Origin: Parcubacteria group bacterium
GTDB taxonomy: Bacteria > Patescibacteriota > Minisyncoccia > Phycocordibacterales > CSBR16-119
Length of the DNA stretch: 64,000 nucleotides
Assembly (NCBI GenBank): GCA_943356745.1
Contig: CALRFT010000001.1
Span: 207,193 to 271,192 of the forward strand
Reading direction: 5' to 3'
How positions within the stretch are numbered: position 1 is the stretch's first letter; every line of letters starts with the position of its first letter. A program made the translations under genes and the position numbers. Shown piece by piece: positions 27,568 to 40,189 of this stretch. The notes beneath the pieces are model-generated. The model was not told the origin of the DNA, did no database searches, and worked only from the letters and a program-made list of their open reading frames with translations.

Positions 27568-28104
27568 CTAGGAATTAGTACTTGACTCAGGTTCATTTCT
27601 TATGATCTTTCTATAAAACCAAACTGAAAGTAAACCGAACAAAGTACCCAAAACCCAACCGCCAATAATATCGTACATTGAATGTACTCCTGCAATAATT
27701 CTTGAAACCCCGATTAGAAATGATGTAACAACAAAAAACAATGCGATATTTCTTGTAAAGAAAAAAGACAACACTGTCATAGTTGCAAAAAAGAATGCAT
27801 GACTCGAAGGAAAAGAACCAAAACCATAGGTAACAAAAAGCGGTTCAATAGTTTGAAACATCTCAAAAGGTCTTTTAACATTAAACAATATTTTTAGACC
27901 AGGATTTAAAAAGGCAGCAATAACAAGAATTGTGGTAGAAAAAAAGAAAGGTTGAATTGTTCTTTTATAAGAAAAAACTATAAAAATCAAAAATATCAAA
28001 CCAACAAACCAGGGAATCATTTCAGCAAAAACAAGTACAAGCGCATCAAAAAAGAAACTCTCTCCAAGTAAATCATTCAATAAATGAGTAATAAAATAAT
28101 TCAT
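27568..28104 (-). CDS. PAP2-family membrane phosphatase (undecaprenyl-diphosphatase-like)
   Basis: 178 aa; PAP2 motifs KRPF, PSSH (FPSSHAFF), SRIIAGVHSMYD. Confidence 0.7.
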   Translation of the reverse strand: MNYFITHLLNDLLGESFFFDALVLVFAEMIPWFVGLIFLIFIVFSYKRTIQPFFFSTTILVIAAFLNPGLKILFNVKRPFEMFQTIEPLFVTYGFGSFPSSHAFFFATMTVLSFFFTRNIALFFVVTSFLIGVSRIIAGVHSMYDIIGGWVLGTLFGLLSVWFYRKIIRNEPESSTNS

Positions 28105-28141
28105 AAATATATTGTAACACTCATATACAAAGAAAATTTAT

Positions 28142-29263
28142 CTACATCCCAAGAAACTCTTTTGACATATCATCTTTGTGTATTGATCGTTCATTTTTTC
28201 GAAGCCCCATCAGAATACCGAGAGCGATAAATGAAGAAAGTAGATGTGACCCACCATGTGACATAAAAGGCAAGGTAATTCCAGTTACTGGCATGAGGCC
28301 AATATTCATTCCAATATTGATAATAATATGAGCAACAAACATAATTGCTATTCCCAAAGCAAACAGTATTTCAAAATTAGAAGCTCCATACTGCGCTGTT
28401 CGAAGAATTCTCCATATAATCAACATATAGAGGAGGATAACCAAGACAGACCCTATGAAACCCCATTCTTCCGCATATGCAGCAAAAATAAAATCTGTTT
28501 GATACTCTGGAAGAAATTGAAGTCGCGACTGAGTCCCATACCCAACACCTTTTCCAAGAAACTCTCCCGAACCGACAGCAATTGTCGATTGATATGCGTT
28601 ATATCCAGTTCCCTGAATATCAGCAAGAGGATGAAGAAAACTTAAAATACGATTTTTTTGATAATCCTGAAGAACACCAAACCACATAACAAGAAAAGTA
28701 ATAATACCGAGCCCAACCACTATTCCAAGATGTTTTTTTGAAATACCTGAGACGAGCGTCATTCCAAACCAAATAATAAATATAATAAGAGCTGATCCAA
28801 AGTCGGGTTGGAGAAAAACCAAAATAAAAGGAATAAGCATGTATATAGCGGAAATAAAAATATGCTTAATATTTTTAATTTCAACATGTCTTCTTGAGAA
28901 ATATTTAGCCAAAACCAATATGAGGGTAAGTTTCATAAACTCAACTGGTTGAAATGCGAAAAAACCAAGATCGAACCAACCCTTTGCTCCTTTAATAGTG
29001 CTTCCCAGGAAAAATAGAAGTATTAAAAGTAAAACAAAAAAACCATAGATACCCAGAAGAAGATTACTCTGTTTCAAAAAACGAAAGTCAACGAAAGATA
29101 ATCCGAAAAAAAATCCAAAAGAAATAATCACCCAGATAAATTGACGCAAGAAGAAAGAACCTTCTCCAGTAAAAGAAGACATAGTAACTAAACCAGCACC
29201 GAGTATAGGTAAGGTAAACAGGACTAGAAGCCAATCAATTTTTGCATTTCTTTTTTCTATCAT
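28142..29263 (-). CDS. SEDS-family peptidoglycan polymerase (FtsW/RodA/SpoVE)
   Basis: 373 aa, ~10 TM helices, conserved C-terminal GMNIGLMPVTGITLPFMSHGGS. Confidence 0.85.
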   Translation of the reverse strand: MIEKRNAKIDWLLVLFTLPILGAGLVTMSSFTGEGSFFLRQFIWVIISFGFFFGLSFVDFRFLKQSNLLLGIYGFFVLLLILLFFLGSTIKGAKGWFDLGFFAFQPVEFMKLTLILVLAKYFSRRHVEIKNIKHIFISAIYMLIPFILVFLQPDFGSALIIFIIWFGMTLVSGISKKHLGIVVGLGIITFLVMWFGVLQDYQKNRILSFLHPLADIQGTGYNAYQSTIAVGSGEFLGKGVGYGTQSRLQFLPEYQTDFIFAAYAEEWGFIGSVLVILLYMLIIWRILRTAQYGASNFEILFALGIAIMFVAHIIINIGMNIGLMPVTGITLPFMSHGGSHLLSSFIALGILMGLRKNERSIHKDDMSKEFLGM

Positions 29264-30063
29264 GATGAACGGTAATCGTTCAGATCAAAAACATTTACTT
29301 GGGGTAATATTTCAATCCGGACAGGTTCTTCTGTAAAAGGCTTTTGCCATGTATAAAATACATCATAAGTTTCACCTTCTTTGAGTGATTCAATAAACGT
29401 CGTACTAGCACCGATGGCATTATTATCAGTATCATACAAAACTGCAACAACATCAAAATTTGTTAAATTAAATCGACTGTTGTTTCTGATTGTAGCGGTA
29501 AGTGTTGGTTTTGTAAACGGATCTTTGACAAGGATATTTGAAACTGAAGGTGTAATTCCCTGTCCTGCATCTTTTGGTGTTTGAAGCCAAAGTGGATTTT
29601 CTGTAAAAGAAAAATCTGCACGAGTAGGAACTCTATCACCCACTAAAATTGCTGGGGCAAATATTGCTGTTTGATTATTAGGAAGAATATAAGTTTTTCC
29701 AGTTCTTCTTGCAATAAACACATTATTATCATCATACAACTTGAACTCATAAGAGATGGCATATATAGCAGCGTCAGTATTTTGATTTTCAACAATAGCA
29801 ATAGCATTATACCTCCCTGGAATAACCTCAAAAGCCCGTGTCCAAGTAGTAATAAGCGGAAGTGCGCTAATACTACAAAAACGAGAACAAGAACCGCCAC
29901 AGTCAATTCCTGACTCTTTACCATTTTGAATACCGTCAAAACAAGTTGCTTCCACTTCAAATTGAGGTTTAACAAATAAAATAATAAAAAGTAAAGCTAT
30001 TATTACAAGACTTAGTATTACCAATAATTTTCTTTTAGCTGCCCATGAAAACATATAGATCAT
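29260..30063 (-). CDS. Membrane-anchored extracytoplasmic hypothetical protein (Cys-rich stretch CFDGIQNGKESGIDCGGSCSRFC), first gene of the SEDS-PAP2-secDF operon
   Basis: 267 aa; N-terminal TM; ATGA overlap with the SEDS gene; TATAATG at the start; alternative start at the second Met 9 nt downstream. Confidence 0.5.
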   Translation of the reverse strand: MIYMFSWAAKRKLLVILSLVIIALLFIILFVKPQFEVEATCFDGIQNGKESGIDCGGSCSRFCSISALPLITTWTRAFEVIPGRYNAIAIVENQNTDAAIYAISYEFKLYDDNNVFIARRTGKTYILPNNQTAIFAPAILVGDRVPTRADFSFTENPLWLQTPKDAGQGITPSVSNILVKDPFTKPTLTATIRNNSRFNLTNFDVVAVLYDTDNNAIGASTTFIESLKEGETYDVFYTWQKPFTEEPVRIEILPQVNVFDLNDYRSS

Positions 30064-30089
30064 TATACCTTACTTTTATTTCAACCAAA

Positions 30090-30125
30090 CAAAAAAAACA
30101 CTTCTTTCGAAGTGTTTTTTTGTTT
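30090..30125. terminator. Bidirectional terminator (CACTTC-tttc-GAAGTG, A8 and T10 flanks) at the end of the rRNA transcription unit
   Basis: Directly downstream (minus sense) of the 5S rRNA. Confidence 0.7.
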
Positions 30126-30126
30126 T

Positions 30127-30242
30127 TAAATACTTTAAGCTGGCGAATACCTATTTTCCCAATAGTATCGTCGGTACTACCGGACTTAACTTCTGTGTTC
30201 GGAATGAGAACAGGTGTATCCCCGGCGTCAAATCACCAGCTT
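30127..30242 (-). rRNA. rrf: 5S ribosomal RNA
   Basis: Minus-strand sequence AAGCTGGTGATTTGACGCCGGGGATACACCTGTTCTCATTCCGAACACAGAAGTTAAGTCCGG...GCCAGCTT has the 5S CCGAAC..AGAAGTTAAG motif and paired termini. Confidence 0.85.
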
Positions 30243-30654
30243 AAAATATTCAAAGTAAAAAATAGAGAGGGTTTTCATCATGAACTGATGTGTCGCAACC
30301 CCCTCTTTTGGAAAGGTTCGAACTTCAATCGAAATCTCCAGACAAAAGTCTGTTGCTCTTTTCAAGGCAAGACAACATTTTTGCAAATGATATTCGTCTA
30401 CTTTGCGGTTATCCTGCAATAACCTCCCTTGAGCTACCTTTCTTTTTTTAAAGAACCTTATTTTGGAGCAAGAGTAAATAAAAAATTTCGCAGCAATTTG
30501 TATTGATTGAAGATCAAACTTATTGCTAATTTTTTAATTTACTCTCGCATTCTGTAAGTTTAAAAGCTAAATACATGTTGTAAAAAATACTCGATAAATA
30601 AATATGAAAATAAATAATGTTTCTCAGAATTCCTAAAGGGATCGGATCATTAGT

Positions 30655-33608
<2,954 letters not shown>

Positions 33609-34297
33609 TTAGGAATTCTAAGAACCACATTATATATAGTTTATTTCGCTTACTTAATTTTATGAGTTGAGATCTCTTTCTAATTTGAAAGAATTTATAT
33701 TTGCTCTATGAAAAAAATCAATTAATGTTACCTGATTGCACTTTCGCAAGTGCGAATCTTAATGTTTTCATTAAAGACCCTTTCATGTTTTTTACAACAT
33801 GTATTTAGTTTTCAAACTACAGTCGTATTTAGTAAATAAAAAATCGCCTCAGGGCGACACTTGGTAATCAAACGATAACCTTGAGCCGCTTAGATTTGGT
33901 GATTTCGATTACTATTCATACGTGATTTCTAGTATATTCATCCGGAAATAAATGTCAAGCATTTTCCCCACGTTTAAAAAGAAGATATCGGAAGCCTAAA
34001 ATAAGCTATTAAAATAAAGAAAAAATGAGACACCTCCAGAAAAAAGATAAAAAGAAAAGCCCCTCAAACGAGGGGGCTTTTCAGGGTCAAAATGCAAACT
34101 TTGTTTAGCTAAGGATTTAAAGATGTTTAGCTTCAGATTTAAACACCTAAAGTTCACATGGGGTTAGACCCTTTTACAAAGAAAAAAGAAACTATGCTTG
34201 GAAGGCCAAAGATTTCTTTTTCTCTGTAGACAGTATAGTGTTTTTCTCATACTGGTTTTTGGTTTTAGTTAGAAACAACTTTCTTAGGACTATTTTA

Positions 34298-34336
34298 GCA
34301 AAAAATAAAAACCCTTTGAAGGGTTTTTATTTTTTA
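34298..34336. terminator. Bidirectional terminator (AAACCCTT-tga-AAGGGTTT + T-run)
   Basis: 8-bp stem, A-rich upstream, TTTTTATTTTTT downstream; just downstream of the 34339 gene. Confidence 0.7.
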
Positions 34337-34338
34337 GA

Positions 34339-35019
34339 TTAGTCTTTTAGATTTTCAGACATTTTACTAATTGCTTTTGAAGCAGCTTCTTTTCCTCCGA
34401 GTCCAAATGCAAGACCTCCCGCAAGAGCCATCATTGCAACAAGACCAATGAAGAGTGCGCTCATGAATTGTTCTGCAATTCCAAGCTCTGAGAGAGCAAT
34501 AATAATTGCAAATACCCATACTGCCCACTTCGCAATTGTTGCAGACATTCGTGAAGATCGAGAGTTTACTGCCTTTGCAGATCCTTCGATAAACTTCTGA
34601 AGAACATCTGAAATATAAGAAGCGATAATAAGAATAAGAGATGCAACAAAGATATTTGGAAGATATCCAAGAACATCATTTCTCAAGAAATCGTTAATTG
34701 CCGAAAGTCCAAGAATTTCAAGTGATGGGATAAGGAAAGCGATTACGATAAACCATCGAACAATCTCTCCGATAAATCTTCCCACTCGAAGTTTGAATCC
34801 CATTCGTTCAAGCACTCGCTCTGTTCCTAATTCCTTGAAAAGACTATCAATCTTAATAAGGTTAAGAATATGTTCGATTGCTCGACTCACCATCGCTGCG
34901 ATTACCCAACCTACAGCAAAGATAATAATTGCGCCAAGGAAACCTGGAATAAATTCAAAGAAACCTTGAACTAGATTTTGTGACGCAGAAACAAATACGT
35001 CTGGCCATGATTGAAGCAT
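34339..35019 (-). CDS. Integral membrane protein with internally repeated TM-helix units (MscS-associated conserved TM_helix-like repeats)
   Basis: 226 aa; three related segments (IFAVGWVIAAMVSRAIEHILNLIKI / IFVASLILIIASYISDVLQKFIEG / IAKWAVWVFAIIIALSELGIAEQF); family assignment tentative. Confidence 0.45.
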   Translation of the reverse strand: MLQSWPDVFVSASQNLVQGFFEFIPGFLGAIIIFAVGWVIAAMVSRAIEHILNLIKIDSLFKELGTERVLERMGFKLRVGRFIGEIVRWFIVIAFLIPSLEILGLSAINDFLRNDVLGYLPNIFVASLILIIASYISDVLQKFIEGSAKAVNSRSSRMSATIAKWAVWVFAIIIALSELGIAEQFMSALFIGLVAMMALAGGLAFGLGGKEAASKAISKMSENLKD

Positions 35020-35090
35020 AAATAATTTTATATGTTAATTATTATAATGTAAGCCGACCCTCGTTGACTTACTATAAATTATACAGCATT

Positions 35091-35729
35091 TTAACGATTT
35101 CTGAGTGCTTCTGTGGATAATCCAGAAGAAGAAATTAAAACTTCATGATTACCATCAAAAATATCGCAAAGTAATTTGTCGTACATATCTCGTCTATACA
35201 CAAATTCTTCCGTATCAAACATAGCATATTGAAGTTCTTTTCCAAGTTGAGCTTCAAAAAACTTCACCGCAGCTTCAATTTTTTTTCTATTCAAATTATC
35301 TCCAACCACAAGAAGATCTGCTCTTGCTTCTGGGTCTTTGATGAAAACTCCAGAAACTACAAGGAGTTTGATTTTTCCAGCTGGACGGAATCTCGAAACT
35401 ACATCATTTTGTTTCAGTGTATCGTATTCAATCAAAAGACTATACAAAGGCTCAAGATAGTGGAAGGTTTTATCAATCTCCCAAGCAAGAGTTTTTATTT
35501 TCTTTACTACTTTGTCTTTACCTGGAACTTCTCGTACAACAGTTTTCGGACGAACAAAACCAACCTGCTCCAAAATCTCAATCTCTCTTTTTGCAGATTG
35601 ATCTTTTGAAAGAGTTCTATTTGAAATCTCCGTAAGTGTAAAGGTTTCGTCCTGATTCATAAGAAAAAGTCGCATTATTTTCACTAGCGGATCACTACTA
35701 AATAAATTTCCCAGAATATCCATTCCCAT
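35091..35729 (-). CDS. Hypothetical protein with N-terminal winged-helix-like segment
   Basis: 212-aa ORF; FTLTEISNRTLSKDQSAKREIEILEQVGFV resembles a wHTH; otherwise unknown. Confidence 0.4.
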   Translation of the reverse strand: MGMDILGNLFSSDPLVKIMRLFLMNQDETFTLTEISNRTLSKDQSAKREIEILEQVGFVRPKTVVREVPGKDKVVKKIKTLAWEIDKTFHYLEPLYSLLIEYDTLKQNDVVSRFRPAGKIKLLVVSGVFIKDPEARADLLVVGDNLNRKKIEAAVKFFEAQLGKELQYAMFDTEEFVYRRDMYDKLLCDIFDGNHEVLISSSGLSTEALRNR

Positions 35730-35849
35730 ACGTTTATGCTAAATTCTTATAAAATGTGTAGGTATTATAGCACTTTTGATTTGAAGTAAAGACAAAGGAC
35801 AACAATTATCTTTTGAATGCAAGAAATGCTTTATTTACAAAAAAATGTG

Positions 35850-35886
35850 AAAAATAAAAATCGCCAGATTGGCGATTTTTATTTTT
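35850..35886. terminator. Bidirectional terminator (AATCGCC-agatt-GGCGATT + T10) after rplL
   Basis: 7-bp stem with A and T runs, 4 nt beyond the rplL stop. Confidence 0.75.
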
Positions 35887-35889
35887 GAA

Positions 35890-36318
35890 TTATTTAAGTG
35901 CTGCTTTTCCTCCAGCTGCTTCAATAGCCGCCTTAAGAGCTTCAGCTTCGTCTTTCTTCACCCCTGCCTTTACAACAGTTGGTGCTGCTTCAACGAGATC
36001 TTTTGCTTCTTTAAGTCCGAGTCCGAGAGCTTCTTTAACAGCTTTCATAACTCCAATCTTTGCTTCCCCTACTGATGTAAGTTCAACATCGAATTCATCT
36101 TTTTCTTCAGCTGCTTCTCCAGCCCCAGCTCCTGCTCCAGCAAATGCTGCAGCTGCTGCTGATACTCCAAACTTCTTTTCCAAAAGTTTTACAAGTTCAT
36201 GAAGATCAAGAACTGACATTGATTCAATTGCATCAACAACAGCCTTGAATTTTGCAGGAACTTCTACTGCTGTAGTTTCTTCAACTACAACTTCAGTGTT
36301 TTTTACTTCTTCTGACAT
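35890..36318 (-). CDS. rplL: 50S ribosomal protein bL12 (L7/L12)
   Basis: 142 aa; N-terminal dimerisation domain, Ala-rich hinge, C-terminal [29 protein letters not shown]. Confidence 0.92.
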   Translation of the reverse strand: MSEEVKNTEVVVEETTAVEVPAKFKAVVDAIESMSVLDLHELVKLLEKKFGVSAAAAAFAGAGAGAGEAAEEKDEFDVELTSVGEAKIGVMKAVKEALGLGLKEAKDLVEAAPTVVKAGVKKDEAEALKAAIEAAGGKAALK

Positions 36319-36347
36319 AATGATTTTAAAAAATTATCGCAAATAAA

Positions 36348-36839
36348 TTATGCTTCTTTCTTTTCTGCATATTGATGCAATACAGAAACGAAACTTTGAA
36401 TTGGCGCATTGAACATAGAAAGAAGTTGAGCATATAGTACTGGCGTAGATGGAATTGTCGCAATCGACATCATTTCCGCTTGAGTCATATACTTTCCTTC
36501 AAATACTCCTCCAACGATCTGCAATTTTTCAGCCAACTCTTTTTGGAATGCATATACTTCTCGAGATGGTGCAATAAGCTCATTTCCATAAGCAACAGCA
36601 ACCATTCCCTTCAATTCTGGCATATCGCCTTGAATTGCAGATTCTGCAAATGCTTTTTTAAGCAATGTCTTCTTCACAACTTTATAGTTCACACTATTTT
36701 TTGTAAGTGTTGATCGAAGTGATGTTTCATCCTTTACAGGAAGTTTATCAAAACTAACAAACACTACAGATTGTGAATTTTTTGCAATATCTTGAAGTTC
36801 ATTCAAATGTGCAGATTTTTGTTCTCTTGTTTTAGCCAT
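36348..36839 (-). CDS. rplJ: 50S ribosomal protein uL10
   Basis: Start set at MAKTREQK (36839); the ORF-track ORF extends upstream through the leader; NSQSVVFVSFDKLPVKDETSLRSTL matches the L10 N-terminus. Confidence 0.85.
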   Translation of the reverse strand: MAKTREQKSAHLNELQDIAKNSQSVVFVSFDKLPVKDETSLRSTLTKNSVNYKVVKKTLLKKAFAESAIQGDMPELKGMVAVAYGNELIAPSREVYAFQKELAEKLQIVGGVFEGKYMTQAEMMSIATIPSTPVLYAQLLSMFNAPIQSFVSVLHQYAEKKEA

Positions 36840-36842
36840 TTT

Positions 36843-36990
36843 GTAATAATTTGTTTTAACTAAAAACGGACCGCAATGCGGCCGTAAGCCCAAGGAATAA
36901 TCCTTGAAATGTATGAGTTCCCTTTCGGGTCGACCATTCGGTAGGTCTGACGCTATTTCTAGCTGCCCACTGTCTCTACGGCTTACGAAC
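36843..36990 (-). promoter_or_regulatory. Putative structured rplJ (L10) leader with autoregulatory-type hairpins (GGCCGCATTGCGGTCC; GGTCGACCCGAAAGGGAACTC)
   Basis: ~150-nt untranslated region upstream of rplJ with several GC-rich hairpins, at the position of the known L10 leader; not verified against a covariance model. Confidence 0.35.
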
Positions 36991-37106
36991 AATAGAATAC
37001 TACAAAATTATAGATATTGCAAGTCTGACTAAGCTTATGAGGTTTATTGACAAAGTTATAAATATAAGTATTATTTTACTCATAAAACCCTGTTATTTTA
37101 TTATTT

Positions 37107-37346
37107 ATGGATACAAACCAAAACACCGGAACACTTGTGGTTCATTTCACAAAACCTGGACCCATTAAAAACGCTGAGGGTCTTCCAGTAAACATGGAAA
37201 CAAGCACAGTAACAATTCCAAAAGATGCTTTTGTTGAGATCAATCCCAGAACACTTCACATTCAACATGAAGGTAGAGGATATTATTTTGGAATAAATAG
37301 TGGAGCTAGAGTGTTGGACAAAAACACACAAAAAGTTCTTTGGTAA
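37107..37346 (+). CDS. Hypothetical small protein
   Basis: 79-aa ORF; terminator at 37360-37398. Confidence 0.4.
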   Translation: MDTNQNTGTLVVHFTKPGPIKNAEGLPVNMETSTVTIPKDAFVEINPRTLHIQHEGRGYYFGINSGARVLDKNTQKVLW

Positions 37347-37359
37347 AAACATCCAAAAA

Positions 37360-37398
37360 AAAACAAAAAGCTTCGCAACTGCGAAGCTTTTCTTTTTA
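37360..37398 (+). terminator. Intrinsic terminator (AAGCTTCGC-aact-GCGAAGCTT + T-run)
   Basis: 9-bp perfect stem followed by TTTTCTTTTT. Confidence 0.75.
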
Positions 37399-37440
37399 TT
37401 TTATTTCAGTATAATCAAAGCGAATCAAAACCCACAAAAT

Positions 37441-37701
37441 ATGAATAATCTTACAGGTTCTTTCACTTTAATTTTTAGAAAAGAAATTCCCGACCAAGCA
37501 AGATCTATGCCTGGAATTGAAATAGACGAGGAACGTCTATCTGTTTTTGTTAATTTTGCGTCTGTCACACCAAGAAGAAAAAGCATTGAATTTACAGTTA
37601 ATGGCGAAACTTACAGTTTTGCACAAACTATCCAACAAGTTAAAAACGGTGACGGAATTATTTTTACAAACACAGAAATCGAAGAAACTGCTCAGAAATG
37701 A
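37441..37701 (+). CDS. Hypothetical small protein
   Basis: Start moved to the Met after the 37360-37398 terminator (the ORF-track ORF runs through the hairpin); 86 aa. Confidence 0.4.
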   Translation: MNNLTGSFTLIFRKEIPDQARSMPGIEIDEERLSVFVNFASVTPRRKSIEFTVNGETYSFAQTIQQVKNGDGIIFTNTEIEETAQK

Positions 37702-37817
37702 GCGGTTTTATTTTTTATATAAAACTATTTTATTTTAAAAATAATAAAATTTAAAATTATTACATAAAAATGACAAATTACAATATTTATGGATAATACA
37801 AATAAAAAGTACATATC

Positions 37818-38216
37818 ATGGACAATAACCCCACAAAAACCCTTGGCGATCTTCAAAAAGAAGATCCGTTGTTTGATTTCTCACGAGCTTACAATATGTA
37901 TGCGAGACACAATACAAATCGTCTTGTTATGATTTTTGCAAGTAAAGTTGATGAAAAAGAACGGTCTACCCTAGATTACCATCTTGATGGTGAAAAAATT
38001 GAAAACAAAAACATTTCTTTTTCAATATCCTACAGAAGTTTTAACGGAAAAGAAGTGACTAAATTAAGTTTTCTAACAAAAACCTTCTGGAGCACTCGAG
38101 AAAATGCTGAGCGTGACCTTGAAGAATACATCAATCAATACCATAAAGAGTTTCAAAAATTAAATTCTAAACAAGAGATTCTTGATTTTGTAAACAGACC
38201 AGAAGAGGAAGAATAG
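37818..38216 (+). CDS. Hypothetical protein
   Basis: 132-aa ORF; terminator at 38221-38252. Confidence 0.45.
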   Translation: MDNNPTKTLGDLQKEDPLFDFSRAYNMYARHNTNRLVMIFASKVDEKERSTLDYHLDGEKIENKNISFSISYRSFNGKEVTKLSFLTKTFWSTRENAERDLEEYINQYHKEFQKLNSKQEILDFVNRPEEEE

Positions 38217-38220
38217 AATA

Positions 38221-38252
38221 ACCCCCCACGAAAACATGGGGGGTTTATTTTT
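38221..38252. terminator. Terminator hairpin (CCCCCC-acgaaaacat-GGGGGG + T-run)
   Basis: 6-bp G/C stem with 10-nt loop followed by TTTATTTTT; sits between convergent genes. Confidence 0.6.
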
Positions 38253-38665
38253 AATCGATACAACGAAAAAGAGTGTATTGATCTTTATCAAAAAGCACAA
38301 AAAGAATATCTTTTTCATTCAGAAACAAGTTAGGGGTTCCTTCTACAAATTCATCAATACAAGATTGGAGAATTTCTTTTGAGGCAAAAGTACAATGATA
38401 CTTTTTTTCTGGAGGAAATGTTTTTCCGTGAGTAAACCTCTCGGCAAGATTTTGCCCTTTTTGATTTTGAATATTAATACATGCAATAACAGCATGTTTT
38501 TTGTCTTTGTTTTTTTGAGAAAAATCTTTTTTTTAATTGATTTAACCAGTCAAAATTTTGATTCAAAATCTTAACAGTTTCTTGATCTTGCTTTTCTGAA
38601 ACGAATTGTCCATCTCTAATTATTAGAGATGGAATTAAAATTTCTGTTTGGGTGTTTGTATCCAT
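38251..38665 (-). pseudogene. Hypothetical gene apparently disrupted by a -1/+1 frameshift in an A8 homopolymer (+ strand T8 at 38527-38534); a 63-aa ORF continues in another frame to ~138 aa
   Basis: Hand translation: removing one A from the A8 run joins MDTNTQ...DWLNQLKK to DFSQKNKDKKHAVIACINIQNQKGQNLAERFTHGKTF...TLFRCID-stop with no intervening stops over 270 nt. Confidence 0.3.
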
Positions 38666-38786
38666 AAATAACTAATAAATTGGTTTCTCTACAGGATACT
38701 AAATTAAACAACTGTGTCAATTATACAATGTTATTGACATTTTTTTACTATAATGCATAATAAAAAAAGATATATACGTACAATAC

Positions 38787-39032
38787 ATGAGTAAAAAAAC
38801 TTCACCTTCTCTACTTCAAGGCATACGCTATGGAGTAGATTACACGGAACGATATTTTAAATACATCTGGAGACAAACCGGTTGGGTTTGGGATCAAGGT
38901 AATCGATATCTGTCGTGGGTGAAACGGCAACATATTCACCCGGTTTTCCGTGTGACTCTATATTTTTTCATAATTGCTTTTGCACTACTTTGGGTTTTGA
39001 TTTTAATCTTTGGAATAGTGCGAGCAATTTAA
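38787..39032 (+). CDS. Hypothetical small membrane protein
   Basis: 81 aa with a C-terminal TM helix; hairpin AACCACCTCT-tca-AGAGGTGGTT follows. Confidence 0.4.
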   Translation: MSKKTSPSLLQGIRYGVDYTERYFKYIWRQTGWVWDQGNRYLSWVKRQHIHPVFRVTLYFFIIAFALLWVLILIFGIVRAI

Positions 39033-39057
39033 AACCACCTCTTCAGAGGTGGTTTAT

Positions 39058-39285
39058 TTATGGTGGAAACACAATTAAAAAAATAAGTACGACTATCGTT
39101 GAATATACCAAACACCCAAGTAGGTCGGCGCGGTATCGTATAACAACTTCTTTCTCGTACAATTTTTCTTTAAAAAATGGAGGACAAAAACAAGCAAATA
39201 CAAACAAAAAAGTGGAATAACAAGATATATAGATGTAAAAAGTTTTGTGTTTAAGAATACGAAAATATATTTTTAAGTCAAACAA
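39058..39285 (-). CDS. Hypothetical small membrane protein
   Basis: 75-aa hydrophobic ORF; weak support. Confidence 0.25.
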   Translation of the reverse strand: MFDLKIYFRILKHKTFYIYISCYSTFLFVFACFCPPFFKEKLYEKEVVIRYRADLLGCLVYSTIVVLIFLIVFPP

Positions 39286-39315
39286 AAAATCCGCATAGCG
39301 GATTTTTCTGTAAAC

Positions 39316-39642
39316 CTATTCAATAGGTGAATTTTTCCAAACAAGTTCTTTTTGTTTGAGATCAATAAAAAACTTTTTACCATCAACAAGTAACACGATG
39401 TTTTCTGTATTAATGTGCTGGATATAAACACATCGAGCCCCAGAAATCACAGGAAGTGAAACATCATTAATACGAATATTAACTTCTTGTGTTACGGCAT
39501 CAAAAGAGTAAGTACATAAAACACCGTCATCAATTTTGATATATCTAATGACAGATTGACAGGAATCTCGTCTTGTCTGCGCTGAACCAGTAATACAAAA
39601 AAATAAAACTGGAATAATAACAAAGAAAATTACTTTTTTCAT
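39316..39642 (-). CDS. Secreted hypothetical protein (signal peptide MKKVIFFVIIPVLFFCITGSAQT)
   Basis: 108 aa; Sec signal peptide; directly downstream of the Cys-rich gene, mirroring the 3346/3726 pair. Confidence 0.5.
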   Translation of the reverse strand: MKKVIFFVIIPVLFFCITGSAQTRRDSCQSVIRYIKIDDGVLCTYSFDAVTQEVNIRINDVSLPVISGARCVYIQHINTENIVLLVDGKKFFIDLKQKELVWKNSPIE

Positions 39643-39711
39643 AGTAGAATAAATTTAAATACATATTACCATAAATAAAATAAAAAGCAAGACTTTGTCT
39701 TGCTTTTTATT

Positions 39712-40089
39712 TTATTGAGCATTTTTATCAAGTTTTTGCTCATTTTGATCTACCTGCATTGCGGAAGATGAACAAGCGTTAATGGCACATTCAAACTGTG
39801 CCTCCGTAAGACTATCCTGGCCATTATTTGGAAGTCCACATTTTTGCCTAGCGCTTGAAAGCATCAGTGACCCATCTTGAGTACTGCAATCAGCTCGAGT
39901 TACTGTACATCCCCAATCACCGAAACTTACCTCTCTTGGGCATCCACCTATTTTATTTTGATTTATGTCATCAATGGCTTCCCGAAGAGTTACAATCTCT
40001 TGATTGGAAATTTTATTTTTATTGACAACATAGTATATCCCCCCAACAACTGCAGCTACTGTAAATATTGAAATGATTGTTTTTTTCAT
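39712..40089 (-). CDS. Small membrane-anchored Cys-rich extracytoplasmic protein (paralog of 3346..3654)
   Basis: 125 aa; N-terminal TM MKKTIISIFTVAAVVGGIYYVV; 6 Cys; C-terminal LTEAQFECAINAC motif. Confidence 0.5.
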   Translation of the reverse strand: MKKTIISIFTVAAVVGGIYYVVNKNKISNQEIVTLREAIDDINQNKIGGCPREVSFGDWGCTVTRADCSTQDGSLMLSSARQKCGLPNNGQDSLTEAQFECAINACSSSAMQVDQNEQKLDKNAQ

Positions 40090-40189
40090 AGTATCTAATT
40101 AAATAATAAATATTTAAAATTATAACACTTATTTGATATGAAGTGATCTAAATTTATTAATAAAAATTAAAGAACGCGGATGTTGTTTT

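Noticed and set aside
30243-30654. tRNA in the 23S-5S spacer (GGTTCGAAC T-loop-like motif at ~30323-30331 and GAAAGGT/ACCTTTC terminal complementarity)
   Set aside because: The candidate is ~135 nt with no D or anticodon arms that fold properly by hand; it is left as an unexplained long spacer.
33609-34340. 16S rRNA or spacer tRNAs (Ile/Ala) upstream of the 23S
   Set aside because: Only ~700 nt separate the 23S 5' end from the next protein gene. No 16S-like sequence (for example the GGATCACCTCCTT anti-SD end) and no convincing cloverleaf were found.
37107-38665. Possible paralogy of the 37107 gene (MDTNQNTGTLVV...) and the 38665 gene (MDTNTQTEILIP...) based on similar N-termini
   Set aside because: Similarity is confined to the first ~6 residues, with no further alignable sequence; too little to claim a family.
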